Assembly (NCBI GenBank): GCA_963730935.1
Contig: CAVSTP010000002.1
Location: 224,001 to 288,000, forward strand
From: an uncultured Nitrospiraceae bacterium
GTDB taxonomy: Bacteria > Nitrospirota > Nitrospiria > Nitrospirales > Nitrospiraceae
DNA: 64,000 bases
Direction: 5' to 3'
Shown: positions 9,946-20,098 of the stretch, piece after piece
How the letters are laid out: each line of letters begins with the position of its first letter
How positions within the stretch are numbered: the stretch's first letter is position 1
Translations under genes and position numbers: made by a program
Notes under the pieces: model-generated
What the model was told of the DNA's origin: nothing
Database searches by the model: none
What the model saw: the letters and a program-made list of their open reading frames with translations, nothing else

Positions 9946-10157
9946 GAGCCTCCTCTTGTTGTTTGATCATCAGCTGACGGCCATCGGCGTCATCAGCTGT
10001 TACTCCCCTTCCCTCTTTTATCGGGATGGATCTGAGATAATTTTGGCGGGTGGCGCTGACCTGGGAGCCCGAGCGCCCGCAGCGGGGTCCCCACACCGGG
10101 CGGGGGCCGAGGACGATCGGGCTGGTCAGCGACAGGACCCGCCCGCCCCGCACTTGT

Positions 10158-12668
10158 TCATCCCATTCCCGCTTCTTTCAGCACCTGGCCCGTATACGAC
10201 CGCTTTGAGCGTGCGATCTCTTTAGGCGGCCCTTCGGCCACGATTTCACCGCCCCGGTCTCCGCCTTCCGGACCCAGGTCGATGATCCAATCGGCATTCC
10301 TGATCACGTCCAGGTTGTGCTCGATCACAAGGACCGTGTTTCCTGTTTCGACGAGACGATCGAGGACATCGAGCAATCGCTGAACGTCGGCAAAATGCAA
10401 TCCGGTCGTCGGCTCGTCAAGAATGTACAGCGTGCGTCCGGTCGCCCGCTTCGATAATTCACGGGAGAGTTTGACTCGCTGCGCTTCGCCGCCGGAGAGC
10501 GTGGTCGCCGACTGGCCGAGTTTCACATAATGCAGCCCGACGTCATGCAAGGTCTGCAGTTTGGCCTTGATCAGCGGGATATGCTGAAAAAATTCCAGGG
10601 CCTCATCCACCGTCATGTTCAGCACATCGGCAATGCTCTTCCCTTTATATAAGATTTCCAACGTCTCACGGTTGTAACGCTGACCTTTGCAGACTTCGCA
10701 GGTGACGTACACGTCCGGCAGAAAATGCATTTCGATTTTGATCAGCCCGTCGCCTTGACAGGCCTCGCACCGCCCGCCTTTGACGTTGAAACTGTAGCGG
10801 CCCGGCTTGTACCCGCGGACGCGAGATTCCGGGAGATTCGAATAGAGATCGCGGATATGCCCGAAGAGTCCCGTATACGTAGCGGGATTCGAACGGGGGG
10901 TCCTGCCGATCGGCGATTGATCGATGTCGATCACCTTATCCAGCGCCAGGACACCGTGGAGGTCCTTGCAGCCGTCGATCTTCGGCTTTTTGTGGTACAG
11001 GAGCTGCGATAACGAGTGGAATAGTACTTCGAGCACGAGCGTGCTCTTGCCCGATCCCGAAACACCGGTGACACAGGTCAACAATCCTAACGGAAGGCGT
11101 ACCGTGACATCCTTCAGATTATGCTTGTTCGCACCGATGACGGACAGGAACCCCTTCGGCTTTCGCTCCCGCCGAGGAACGGCGACCGCCTGGAGGCCGC
11201 GAAGGTACTGCCCGGTCAGCGATTGGGGATCAGCCATGACCTGTTGCGGCGTGCCCTGCGCAATGACGTGCCCCCCATGCGAGCCGGCGCCGGGCCCCAT
11301 ATCAAGAATGTGATCCGCGGCCAGCATCGTCTCGGTATCGTGTTCCACCACGACCACCGTATTTCCGAGATCGCGCAACCGGAGCAGTGTCTGCAAGAGC
11401 CGGCGATTGTCGCGTTGATGCAAGCCAATGGACGGTTCATCGAGAATGTACAGGACTCCCACGAGTCCGGACCCGATCTGTGTGGCAAGCCTGATGCGCT
11501 GGCCTTCGCCTCCGGAGAGCGTCGCCGCGGCCCGATCGAGCGTGAGATAATCGAGGCCCACGTTCACGAGAAACCCAAGTCGTTCCCTGATTTCCTTCAG
11601 GATTCGATGGGCGATGACCATTTCACGCTCGGTGAAGGTCAGAGAAGCAAAATAGTCGGCCGCCGCTCTGACGGACCGGCGTGTCACATCCGCGATTGAT
11701 TGCTTGGCGATCTTGATGGACAGGCTTTCAGGTCTCAGTCTGGCGCCATGACAGGCTTCACAGAGCTCGAGCAGCGTGAAGTCCTCGTCTTCAGGAGCGT
11801 CTGCCGTCATCGCATATCCGATTCCGTCACACACCGGACAGGCGCCGTGCGGGCTGTTGAACGAGAAGATGCGCGGCGTGATTTCCGGATAACTCACGCC
11901 GCAGCGGATGCAAGCCAGTTTTTCACTGTAGAGCAGCGTTCTGCCGTCTTCGGTCAGCACGCCCACCAGCCCGCCCGTCAGCTTCAATGCGGTTTCGACC
12001 GAGTCGGCTAGCCGCCGCGCCAGCGCGTCCCCCGGCTTCATGACCAAACGGTCGATGACGATCTCAACCGTATGCTTCTTCTGTTTGTCGAGACTGATGT
12101 CGTCGCCCAACTCCACCGGCTTCCCGTCGATGCGCGCCCGGACATAGCCAGCCCGCCGCATCTCGAGAAGCTCTTTGCGGTATTCGCCTTTCCGGCCGCG
12201 AACGATCGGCGCGAGAATCTGAAACTTGCTGCCTTCGGGCAGCGCGCCGATGGCATCCACCATCTGCTGCACCGTCTGCGCGGTGATCTCATGGCCGCAT
12301 TGGTGGCAATAGGGACGCCCGACGCGCGCGAACAATAGGCGCAGATAATCATAAATTTCCGTGACCGTGCCGACGGTCGAGCGCGGATTGTGGCTCGTGG
12401 ATTTCTGCTCGATCGAGATGGCGGGGGAGAGCCCTTCGATCGAATCGACATCGGGTTTCCCCATCTGCTCCAGGAACTGGCGGGCGTAGGCCGACAGGGA
12501 TTCGACGTACCGGCGCTGTCCTTCCGCGTAGATGGTGTCGAAGGCGAGCGAGGATTTGCCGGAGCCGCTCAAGCCGGTGATGACGACCAGCTTGTCGCGG
12601 GGGATCTCGACATCGATGTTCTTGAGATTGTGCTCGCGCGCGCCTTTGATGATGATGGAGTTGCCCAT
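10158..12668 (-). CDS. uvrA: Excinuclease ABC subunit A (short form, 836 aa)
   Basis: GAREHNLKN, two Walker A motifs ([16 protein letters not shown]), LSGGE signatures, zinc fingers. Confidence 0.97.
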   Translation of the reverse strand: MGNSIIIKGAREHNLKNIDVEIPRDKLVVITGLSGSGKSSLAFDTIYAEGQRRYVESLSAYARQFLEQMGKPDVDSIEGLSPAISIEQKSTSHNPRSTVGTVTEIYDYLRLLFARVGRPYCHQCGHEITAQTVQQMVDAIGALPEGSKFQILAPIVRGRKGEYRKELLEMRRAGYVRARIDGKPVELGDDISLDKQKKHTVEIVIDRLVMKPGDALARRLADSVETALKLTGGLVGVLTEDGRTLLYSEKLACIRCGVSYPEITPRIFSFNSPHGACPVCDGIGYAMTADAPEDEDFTLLELCEACHGARLRPESLSIKIAKQSIADVTRRSVRAAADYFASLTFTEREMVIAHRILKEIRERLGFLVNVGLDYLTLDRAAATLSGGEGQRIRLATQIGSGLVGVLYILDEPSIGLHQRDNRRLLQTLLRLRDLGNTVVVVEHDTETMLAADHILDMGPGAGSHGGHVIAQGTPQQVMADPQSLTGQYLRGLQAVAVPRRERKPKGFLSVIGANKHNLKDVTVRLPLGLLTCVTGVSGSGKSTLVLEVLFHSLSQLLYHKKPKIDGCKDLHGVLALDKVIDIDQSPIGRTPRSNPATYTGLFGHIRDLYSNLPESRVRGYKPGRYSFNVKGGRCEACQGDGLIKIEMHFLPDVYVTCEVCKGQRYNRETLEILYKGKSIADVLNMTVDEALEFFQHIPLIKAKLQTLHDVGLHYVKLGQSATTLSGGEAQRVKLSRELSKRATGRTLYILDEPTTGLHFADVQRLLDVLDRLVETGNTVLVIEHNLDVIRNADWIIDLGPEGGDRGGEIVAEGPPKEIARSKRSYTGQVLKEAGMG

Positions 12669-12748
12669 AGGCGCAAGATTATAACACTCGAACCGGTCCC
12701 ACTGTGAAATCCGCGTCCAAAAAATTCCGTCGTAGGTTACAGGAAGGC

Positions 12749-13067
12749 GGGATGTTCACACAGCCAGCGTCTCCCCCGCCCAACCCCGACGAATGTGTTC
12801 ACCCGCCCAGCCCGCCGATTGCTGCGCAATCCATCGCCCGTGACGCGTCTCTCCGCGAGCGAGGCGGCAGCGAGCGAAGGGCCGAGAGGTACCTACCAAG
12901 CTTCGCTTGTACCGCTCGCTTCGATCAAATGCGAGCGGAGAGGTACTTTCCCTCCCATGAGCTTTCAATCATCGAGGGTCTGAGCGATGCGAGAACGAAG
13001 CTTGGCGAAATGCGCGTCTCGGCGCGCCAGGGTGGGCGGGTGAGATGAGAGGCTTTTTCAACATCCC
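12749..13067. repeat. MITE-like palindromic intergenic element
   Basis: Terminal IR GGGATGTT...AACATCCC, nested internal IR (CTCCCCCGCCCAACCC / GGGTGGGCGGGTGAG). Shares GTCTGAGCGAnGCGAGAACGA with 52367-52519. Confidence 0.65.
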
Positions 13068-13077
13068 TTCAGTTGCC

Positions 13078-13107
13078 TTGACAAAGCCGGAAACCGGGTG
13101 CTACCAC
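13078..13107 (+). promoter_or_regulatory. Candidate sigma-70 promoter
   Basis: TTGACA-N18-TACCAC with extended TG, upstream of the ubiE-like gene. Confidence 0.45.
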
Positions 13108-13136
13108 CCATCTCCATGCTACTCATGAGGGAATCC

Positions 13137-13895
13137 GTGACCGATCGCCCGCTACGGGAGATTCCAGCCAGCACGATTTCGACCTGGTCGGGCTCCGCGC
13201 GCGAGCAAGCGGTTCAACGCATGTTCACGGCCATCGCGGGAGTCTACGATCTCAACAACACGCTCCTGAGCTTCGGACTGCATTACCGCTGGAAGAAAAT
13301 TACCGCGGACTATGTACCTTGCGTCGTAGATGGGACCGCGCTGGACGTGGGTGCTGGGACCGCCGATCTTGCGCTGTTTGTGGAGCCTCGCATGGGTGCT
13401 CACGGACGCGTCATCGCCTCCGACCTGAATCATGCCATGCTCGTGGAAGGGTTGAAGAAGATCGGTGGAAAGGGTCTAGGCGGGAAGATCACCTGCTTGC
13501 AGGCCAATGCAGAACATCTGGGATTCGACGACAACACGTTCGACGCCGTCACCACGGGGTTCTGCATGCGCAATGTCGGAAACCTCGCGCAGGCGATCGT
13601 CGAGATTCGTCGCGTCATGAAGCCAGGGGGCACATTCGTCTGCCTCGAATTTTCCCGTCCGGTCTTCGGCTGGCTCCGCGCTCTGTACGATTGGTATTCG
13701 TTCAAGCTGCTTCCGTGGATCGGCACGAAGGTCGCGCGGGACACAACCGGGGTCTATGAATATCTTCCCGCGTCCATCCGCGCGTTTCCCGATCAGGAGC
13801 GGCTCTGCCACATCTTTCGCGACGCGGGCTTTCGCGACGTCTCGTATCGCAATCTGACCGGCGGGATCGTCGCCATTCATCGAGCCGTGAAATGA
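13137..13895 (+). CDS. ubiE: UbiE/MenG-family quinone C-methyltransferase
   Basis: VQRMFTAIAGVYDLNNTLLSFGLH, LDVGAGTAD, RVMKPGG, YEYLPASIRAFP. Start taken as GTG 13137 after GAGG; start is uncertain. Confidence 0.85.
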   Translation: MTDRPLREIPASTISTWSGSAREQAVQRMFTAIAGVYDLNNTLLSFGLHYRWKKITADYVPCVVDGTALDVGAGTADLALFVEPRMGAHGRVIASDLNHAMLVEGLKKIGGKGLGGKITCLQANAEHLGFDDNTFDAVTTGFCMRNVGNLAQAIVEIRRVMKPGGTFVCLEFSRPVFGWLRALYDWYSFKLLPWIGTKVARDTTGVYEYLPASIRAFPDQERLCHIFRDAGFRDVSYRNLTGGIVAIHRAVK

Positions 13896-15517
13896 ACTCG
13901 GTGCTCTACATCTTTCTCCCCTGCAAGAAGGTCTACCCGATCGGCATCACCTATCTCGCCGATTTCCTTCACCGTCGGAAGCCTGAGATCCGCCAGCGCA
14001 TCCTTGACCTGTCGCTATACCCCGTCTCGCAACGGAGCCGTGCCATCCGAGAGGTCACGGCCGAGTTTCAGCCGGAACTGGTCTGCTTCTCCTGGCGGGA
14101 TATTCAGATCTTCTCGCCCCACGAGGGCGACTCTTCCCTCGAGCACGCGTTCAATTTTTATTTTGCGAGCAATCCCATCAAGCGTATTGCCGCCTCCTTC
14201 GCAGGACTGAAACAGCTGTACCGGTATTACAGCCATATTTATACGATCCTGTCTTATCCCTGGTTGGTGCGAAAAGAGTTTCCCAAGGCCCAGATCATGA
14301 TCGGAGGCGGCGCCTTCACCGCCTTCGCCGATCAGCTCATCGAGAGATTGCCGGAAGGCACCATCGGCCTGCTCGGAGAGGGCGAAGATGCGATTCTGAA
14401 AGTGCTCGAGGGCCGGTCGATCGAGGACGAGCGGTACATCATCAAGGAAGGGAACCAGGTCAAGAAAGGACGGCAGGGCTCGCCGGCGTTGCTCGATGCC
14501 CTCACCGTCGACCTGCCCTACCTGACCACAATTTTTCCGCAATACCGTGAGTACGTCGAGGAATCCATCGGTGTGCAATCGAAACGAGGCTGCCCCTACG
14601 ACTGCGCGTTTTGTCTGTATCCCTATATCGAAGGGAAACGCGTCCGCTACCGCCCTGCCGAAATGGTCGTGCGGGACATCTCCCAGCATTACCATCAATG
14701 GGGGGCCCGTCGATTCTGGTTCACCGATGCACAGTTTATTACCGGCAAGGAAGCCTATCCCCAATGCACCGAGATTCTGGAGCGCATCGTCAGCGAGAAG
14801 CTGGACATCGAATGGTCCGGCTATATCCGGACCTCATTGATCACGCCTGAATTGGCCAGGTTGATGGTGCGGTCGGGCGTCGGCGATTTGGAAGTCGCGA
14901 TCACTTCCGGCTCCCAGGAGGTCCTGAACAACCTCCATATGGGCTTCAAGCTCGAGCGGCTGTATGACGGCTGCCGGTACCTCGCGGAGGCAGGGTTCAG
15001 GGGCAAAGTCATCCTGAATTATTCGCTGAACAGCCCGAAGGAAACGGAAGAAACGCTCTTGCAGAGCGTCGAGTCCTACAAGGTCGTGGCGTCTATCTTG
15101 GGCGAAGAGCGGGTCTTTCCCCTGATGTTCTTTCTCGGAATCCAACCGAATACCGACCTCGAACAGCGCTTGCTCGAAGAGGGGTACCTGTCCGCCGGCT
15201 ATAATCCTCTCATGTTGACACCGACCAGTATCCGGAAATTGCTGTATAATCCGGCCCCCCTCAACACCTTCATCGCAAAGGCCTGCTTGCGCGCCTGGGA
15301 ACGCAAGGAAGGCAGCCGAGACCCACGGAGATGGACCGGCTCACTGTCCCAAACCGCCGGCTCGCAAGATTCTTATGCCGACAAGAGCTTGAGCCGCGGC
15401 ATTGAAGGTAATTCCGGACGGGACGCGCTCCTCTCCTTGGAAGAAATCCTGCGTTCACACCGCCCACCTTCGCCATCCCCTCGGGAGCCAAAAACTCACG
15501 CCACTTCGGCTGGTTAG
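13892..15517 (+). CDS. B12-binding radical SAM protein (resembles the cyanobacterial Slr0320-type family)
   Basis: N-terminal LPC..YPIG..YLADF, CFSWRDIQIF, IGGGAF, GEGE, KRGCPYDCAFC. ATGA-coupled to ubiE. Confidence 0.8.
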   Translation: MNSVLYIFLPCKKVYPIGITYLADFLHRRKPEIRQRILDLSLYPVSQRSRAIREVTAEFQPELVCFSWRDIQIFSPHEGDSSLEHAFNFYFASNPIKRIAASFAGLKQLYRYYSHIYTILSYPWLVRKEFPKAQIMIGGGAFTAFADQLIERLPEGTIGLLGEGEDAILKVLEGRSIEDERYIIKEGNQVKKGRQGSPALLDALTVDLPYLTTIFPQYREYVEESIGVQSKRGCPYDCAFCLYPYIEGKRVRYRPAEMVVRDISQHYHQWGARRFWFTDAQFITGKEAYPQCTEILERIVSEKLDIEWSGYIRTSLITPELARLMVRSGVGDLEVAITSGSQEVLNNLHMGFKLERLYDGCRYLAEAGFRGKVILNYSLNSPKETEETLLQSVESYKVVASILGEERVFPLMFFLGIQPNTDLEQRLLEEGYLSAGYNPLMLTPTSIRKLLYNPAPLNTFIAKACLRAWERKEGSRDPRRWTGSLSQTAGSQDSYADKSLSRGIEGNSGRDALLSLEEILRSHRPPSPSPREPKTHATSAG

Positions 15518-15532
15518 CTCATTTCTTCATTC

Positions 15533-15562
15533 TTGCAATCCTCTTCTGGCCAGTGCTATCAT
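15533..15562 (+). promoter_or_regulatory. Candidate sigma-70 promoter
   Basis: TTGCAA-N18-TATCAT with extended TG, about 100 bp upstream of the USP gene. Confidence 0.45.
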
Positions 15563-15663
15563 TCGCGCTCTTTGAAACCTCGGCAAGACGAGAACCATTT
15601 GGTTTTTCAAAAGTTTGCACCAGTCTGCCTTGGTCCGAAGAGCGCCTGGAGGAGGCATCTCTG

Positions 15664-17746
15664 ATGTATAAGACGATTTATATTCCGGTCGATAATTCCG
15701 ACCATTCGAACCAGGCGGTGGACACCGGTGTCCATCTGGCCAAACTCTTCGGCTCGAAGATCGTGGGGAGCCATGTGTACGCAGCCAAAATGCACGACAA
15801 ACGCTTCAAGCAGATGGAGGCGGGCCTTCCCGAGGAATACCACGACGAAAAGGAACTCGACCGGCAACGGCAGATCCACGATTCTCTGATTACCCGCGGG
15901 CTTCAGATCATCACCGACTCCTACCTCGATTACGTCGATAAAAAGTGCAATGAGGCCAACCTTCCGATTGAACGCCGCTCGCTCGAGGGGCGGAATTGGA
16001 AAGTCCTGGCGGATGACATCAATACCAACAGCTACGATTTGGTCATCATGGGCGCCCTGGGTGTGGGCGCCGTAAAAGACAGTGTGATCGGGAGCAATAC
16101 GGAACGGGTCGTTCGTCGGGTACGGAATTCGGACATGCTGATCATCAAGAACATCCAGCCGATCAACGGCGGCAAAATCGTGGTCGCGGTCGACGGCAGT
16201 CCCTACTCGTTCGGCGGCTTGATGACCGGCCTTCAACTCGGCAAGGCGTTGAATATGCCGGTCGAGGCGATTTCGGCCTTCGATCCCTATTTCCATTACG
16301 CGGCCTTCCACAGCATCTCGGGCGTCCTCAATGAAGAAGCAGGGAAGGTCTTCCGGTTCAAAGAGCAGGAAAAGCTGCACGAAGAGATCATCGACAGCGG
16401 CCTGGCCAAGATCTACCAGTCCCATCTGGACATCTCGCGCGAGATCGCTCAAGCGGAGAAGACAGACGTCAAAACCACGTTGCTGGACGGAAAAGCGTTC
16501 GAGAAGATCATTCAATATGTCCGCAAAGACGTACCGGCCCTCCTGATCGTCGGCCGCATCGGCGTCCACAGTGACGAAGACATGGACATCGGCAGTAACA
16601 CGGAAAACCTGCTCCGGAGCGCACCCTGTAACGTGCTGGTGTCCAACCGGAAGTACGTGCCGCCCATCGACACCCAGGCCGAATACACCATTGCCTGGAC
16701 GGAAGAGGCGCTTCGCCGGATGGAGAAAATTCCAGTGTTCGCCCGCGGAGTGGCCAAGACCGCGATTCACCGCTATGCGATCGAAAAAGGGCATACGATC
16801 ATCAGCAACACGGTCGTCGATGCAGCCGTCGGGCACATTCTCCCGAAAGGCGCCATGGACGCCATGCGGGCTTTGGGCGGTAGCCTCGATGCCGCGGGCA
16901 TCGATCGCGACAAAATGCAGGCGGACGACGCCGTCGCGAAGGACCTGATGGGCTCCACGCTGAGCGGCATGATGACGCAGGTCGTCGAAGAGAAGCCCAA
17001 GAACTCAGAGGCGACGCAGGCCTATCTCGACCGTATGAGCCAGAGCTACTACGTGTGCGACGGCTGCGGCTATATCGGCAAGGGGGATACACCGGTCAAG
17101 TGCCCGGTGTGCGGAGCGGAAGGCGCTCGGTTCAAACAAGTTGATAAAAGCATCTTCGAAGCGGCCGCCAAAGCGGAGGGCGAGATCGAAACGGATCTGG
17201 CCTATGACGATGTGCCCATGCAGTGGACGAAGGATGCCAAGGAGGCAATCCGCGCCGTCCCGGCCGGATTTCAACGGCGCCGCGCGAAAGCGAAGATCGA
17301 AAAGAGCGCCCGCAAGCTCGGCATGACGACGATCACGCTGGAGTATGCCGCGCCGATGATCAAGGAAGCGGCCTCCGAAGATTACCAACCGATCTTTGCC
17401 AACAAGGGGGCCGGCACTTCAGCTAGAGGCACAAGCCAAACTGGCCGGGGTTCAGGAAAACGAGACGCAGGCCCCGCAAGACGGCGGCAACGGCCATGCG
17501 GAAGCGCCACCCTACAGCTGGACGGCGGAGGCCCAAGTCAGGCTTGAGCGGGCACCAGAGGGCTTTATGCGTGACTGTACGAAGGCCCTCATCATCAAGC
17601 ACGCCGACAAGCTCGGCACGATCCACATCACGATTGAAGTAGCCAATGAGGGCATTGAGCAGGCCAAAGGGTACATGGAAGAAGCGATGAAGACGGGCAA
17701 TCTCAAGGACATGATCGCTAGCCTCACCGGCAAAGCCGCCAAATAA
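15664..17746 (+). CDS. Multidomain universal stress protein (USP-USP-PCP_red-rubredoxin-like-PCP_red-PCP_red) interrupted by a +1 frameshift near 17425
   Basis: SD GGAGG. Two USP folds (IYIPVDNS..MGALG..IGSNTE; VVAVDGS..VGRIG..IGSNTE), CDGC..CPVC, three W-T..A..R...P.F-type repeats. Removing A17425 joins the two track ORFs. Confidence 0.8.
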
Positions 17747-17749
17747 GGA

Positions 17750-19129
17750 ATGAAACCGCTACCGATCTTCAATCCGTCGCTCTCAGGAGCGCTGGGGTCC
17801 CTTCCGCAACAGCTCACGCAGTTCTTCACGCCGCGTCCGCAGAGCGAGGGTCCGTACGACGGCCGGACCGTCGACGACTTCAAGCCCTATCTCGTTGCGC
17901 TGAACCTCACCAAGCGCTGCAACTTGAAATGCGATCACTGCTATCTAGACGCGACCACCAAAGCCGCAGGCGGCGACGACGAGCTCACGACCGAAGAGTG
18001 TTTTCGCCTGATCGACCAGATCGCCGAGGTTAATAAGGGCTGTCTGCTGGTCATCACCGGCGGCGAGCCGCTGGTCCGTCCTGACATTCTCGACATTGCA
18101 CGTTATGCCGTGAAGCTCGGATTCATGGTGGTCTTCGGCACCAACGGCATGTTGATCGATGACCGGATGGCCAAACAGCTGGTCGAGATCGGCGTCATGG
18201 GCGTCGGGATCAGCATCGATTCTCTCGACCCGCAGAAGCACAATGCCTTCCGCGGTGTCCCGGGAGCCTGGGAAGCGGCCGTGGCGGGTATCGAAGCGAG
18301 CAAACGCAACGGACTCCAGTTCCAGGTGCATTTCAGCGCGCAGCCTATGAATTACCAGGAGCTGCCGGCCGTCGTGGAATGGGCCCATGGGCTCGGCGCC
18401 CGCGTCCTGAACGTGTTCTTCATGGTGTGCACGGGTCGCGGCGAGGAACTCACGGACATCACGCCGGCCCAGTACGAAGAAGTCCTCGGCTTCTTGGTGA
18501 AGTGCCAGGACAACTATCAAGGCATGCTGATTCGGGCCCGCTGCGCTCCGCACTTCAAGCGGCTGGCCTATGAAAAAGACCCCAACTCACCGATCACCAA
18601 AGCAACCGGCTACATGGGCGGCGGCTGCCTCGCCGGAACGAACTATGCCCGCGTGACGCCGAACGGCGAATTGACGCCTTGCCCCTACATGCCGCTTTCG
18701 GCCGGGAATGTTCGCGAGAAAAGCTTTGTGGACCTCTGGGAAAAGTCCGACATCTTCAATTCCTTTCGTTACCCTCAACTCAAAGGCAAATGCGGCGACT
18801 GTGAATACTCGGAGATCTGCGGGGGCTGCCGCGCCCGTCCGTATGTGGATCATGGCGACTGGCTGGACGAAGACCAGTGGTGCCTCTACACGCCCAAGGG
18901 CGGGGAGAAGATCAAGGTCGCGTTCAATGTCGAGGAAGCGTCCGTCGTGCAGTGGGACGACGCCGCGTCGTTACGGTTGAGCCGTATTCCCTACTTTCTC
19001 CGCGCAATGGTCAAGAAAGGGGTGGAGAAACACGCGCGGGAGAACGGCATCACGACCGTGACGATCGAGCTTATGGAAGAACTCCGGAAGAAACGCTTCG
19101 GCAACGACGCACCGGTATTCAAGTTCTGA
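17750..19129 (+). CDS. Radical SAM/SPASM enzyme (AhbC/AhbD/NirJ-like) with C-terminal PCP_red domain
   Basis: CNLKCDHC, TGGEP, RCAPH, GCLAG..PCPY..KGKCGDCEYSEICGGCRAR, tail WDDAASLRLSRIPYFLRAMVKKGVEKHA. Confidence 0.85.
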   Translation: MKPLPIFNPSLSGALGSLPQQLTQFFTPRPQSEGPYDGRTVDDFKPYLVALNLTKRCNLKCDHCYLDATTKAAGGDDELTTEECFRLIDQIAEVNKGCLLVITGGEPLVRPDILDIARYAVKLGFMVVFGTNGMLIDDRMAKQLVEIGVMGVGISIDSLDPQKHNAFRGVPGAWEAAVAGIEASKRNGLQFQVHFSAQPMNYQELPAVVEWAHGLGARVLNVFFMVCTGRGEELTDITPAQYEEVLGFLVKCQDNYQGMLIRARCAPHFKRLAYEKDPNSPITKATGYMGGGCLAGTNYARVTPNGELTPCPYMPLSAGNVREKSFVDLWEKSDIFNSFRYPQLKGKCGDCEYSEICGGCRARPYVDHGDWLDEDQWCLYTPKGGEKIKVAFNVEEASVVQWDDAASLRLSRIPYFLRAMVKKGVEKHARENGITTVTIELMEELRKKRFGNDAPVFKF

Positions 19130-19152
19130 GGCTCGAGGTCTGAGCTCCGCTG

Positions 19153-19662
19153 ATGGACGCACTTCAAAGCATCATCACCGACCTCAATACGCTGATTCCC
19201 ATCGTCAATCACTGGTTCCATCTCCTCTCCGCGGTGATCTGGATCGGCGGCCTGGCCTTTCTGGTCATGGCGGTCACGCCAGGCCTGCAGAAAGCGGTTG
19301 CCCGGGAACAGATCAAGCCGATTACGGACGTCTTTTATCAACACTACAAGAAAGTGGCGGGCATTTTGCTCGTCATTCTGTTGTTTACCGGCGGAATCAA
19401 TCTCCACTACGTCAACCAGGTGCTGACCTCACAGACCGGTTCAGGCGTCCAGCACCACGCCAAATACCTCACGGTCTTTTTTATCAAGCTCTTCCTCGTA
19501 CTCTGCCTCGTGACCCTTTTCCTGTATACGGTGATTTTCAAAGCCGATGACGAGGCTGAAGAAGGCGAATCCTACGAGGTGATCCCGTTCCAACGTGCAG
19601 CGCTCTGGATGGGGTTTTTCATTATCCTGTGTGCGGCTGCCATGAAGCACTTACATCAATAG
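19153..19662 (+). CDS. CopD/DUF4149-like 4-TM membrane protein
   Basis: HWFHLLSAVIWIGG motif, LLFTGG, four hydrophobic segments. Confidence 0.7.
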   Translation: MDALQSIITDLNTLIPIVNHWFHLLSAVIWIGGLAFLVMAVTPGLQKAVAREQIKPITDVFYQHYKKVAGILLVILLFTGGINLHYVNQVLTSQTGSGVQHHAKYLTVFFIKLFLVLCLVTLFLYTVIFKADDEAEEGESYEVIPFQRAALWMGFFIILCAAAMKHLHQ

Positions 19663-19704
19663 GGTCGTTGTCTCCCACACCTTCTCTCTAGTCATTCCCG
19701 CAGC

Positions 19705-19741
19705 GTATCCGAACCGATACCGCCGGTATTGATTCCGATAC
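19705..19741. promoter_or_regulatory. Tandem palindromic operator/enhancer boxes
   Basis: GTATC-CGAACC-GATAC (19705-19720) and GTATT-GATTCC-GATAC (19726-19741), 21-bp period. Confidence 0.5.
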
Positions 19742-19835
19742 GTGGATTTCTCTTCCTCCTTCTCAGGCTTGACCCGATCAGCGGTAGATCAACAATTTAG
19801 GATTCTTGAGTAAGAGAGTGATGCCGCGCTGGACG

Positions 19836-19851
19836 TGGCATGCCTGTTGCT
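19836..19851 (+). promoter_or_regulatory. sigma-54 promoter
   Basis: TGGCAT-GCCTG-TTGCT matches TGGCAY-N5-TTGCW. Confidence 0.7.
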
Positions 19852-20098
19852 GAACCGGTTCTGCACAGCGATACACCATGACCACGATGATGATCATTCC
19901 GAAGAATGGCGAGAGACGGCGCAGAACTCGGACGCGCCTCCGGATCGTGCCCATCCGGCGGCCCTCCGTCGCCCCGCTTCTCTGCCATCGAGGCTGCGGG
20001 CCTGCACTTCAAGCCCGCAGCCTTCCTCTGAATGCACGCCCGTGGCAACGGTGAGCAAGAGGCGACCGTCTTCCCTATCACCATGTGAGGAGGAATCC

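Noticed and set aside
11748..11762. CxxCH heme-c motif (CEACH) in UvrA
   Set aside because: Part of a cytoplasmic zinc module, with no export signal.
15571..15612. Riboswitch in the USP leader
   Set aside because: Short inverted repeats (TTTGAAA..TTTCAAA) are present, but I cannot match a known aptamer consensus.
16696..19100. Photosynthesis or chlorophyll biosynthesis implied by PCP_red modules
   Set aside because: Only the small accessory domain is present, with no BchL/N/B catalytic subunits in the window.
19705..19741. NtcA boxes
   Set aside because: Spacing is GTA-N10-TAC, not GTA-N8-TAC.
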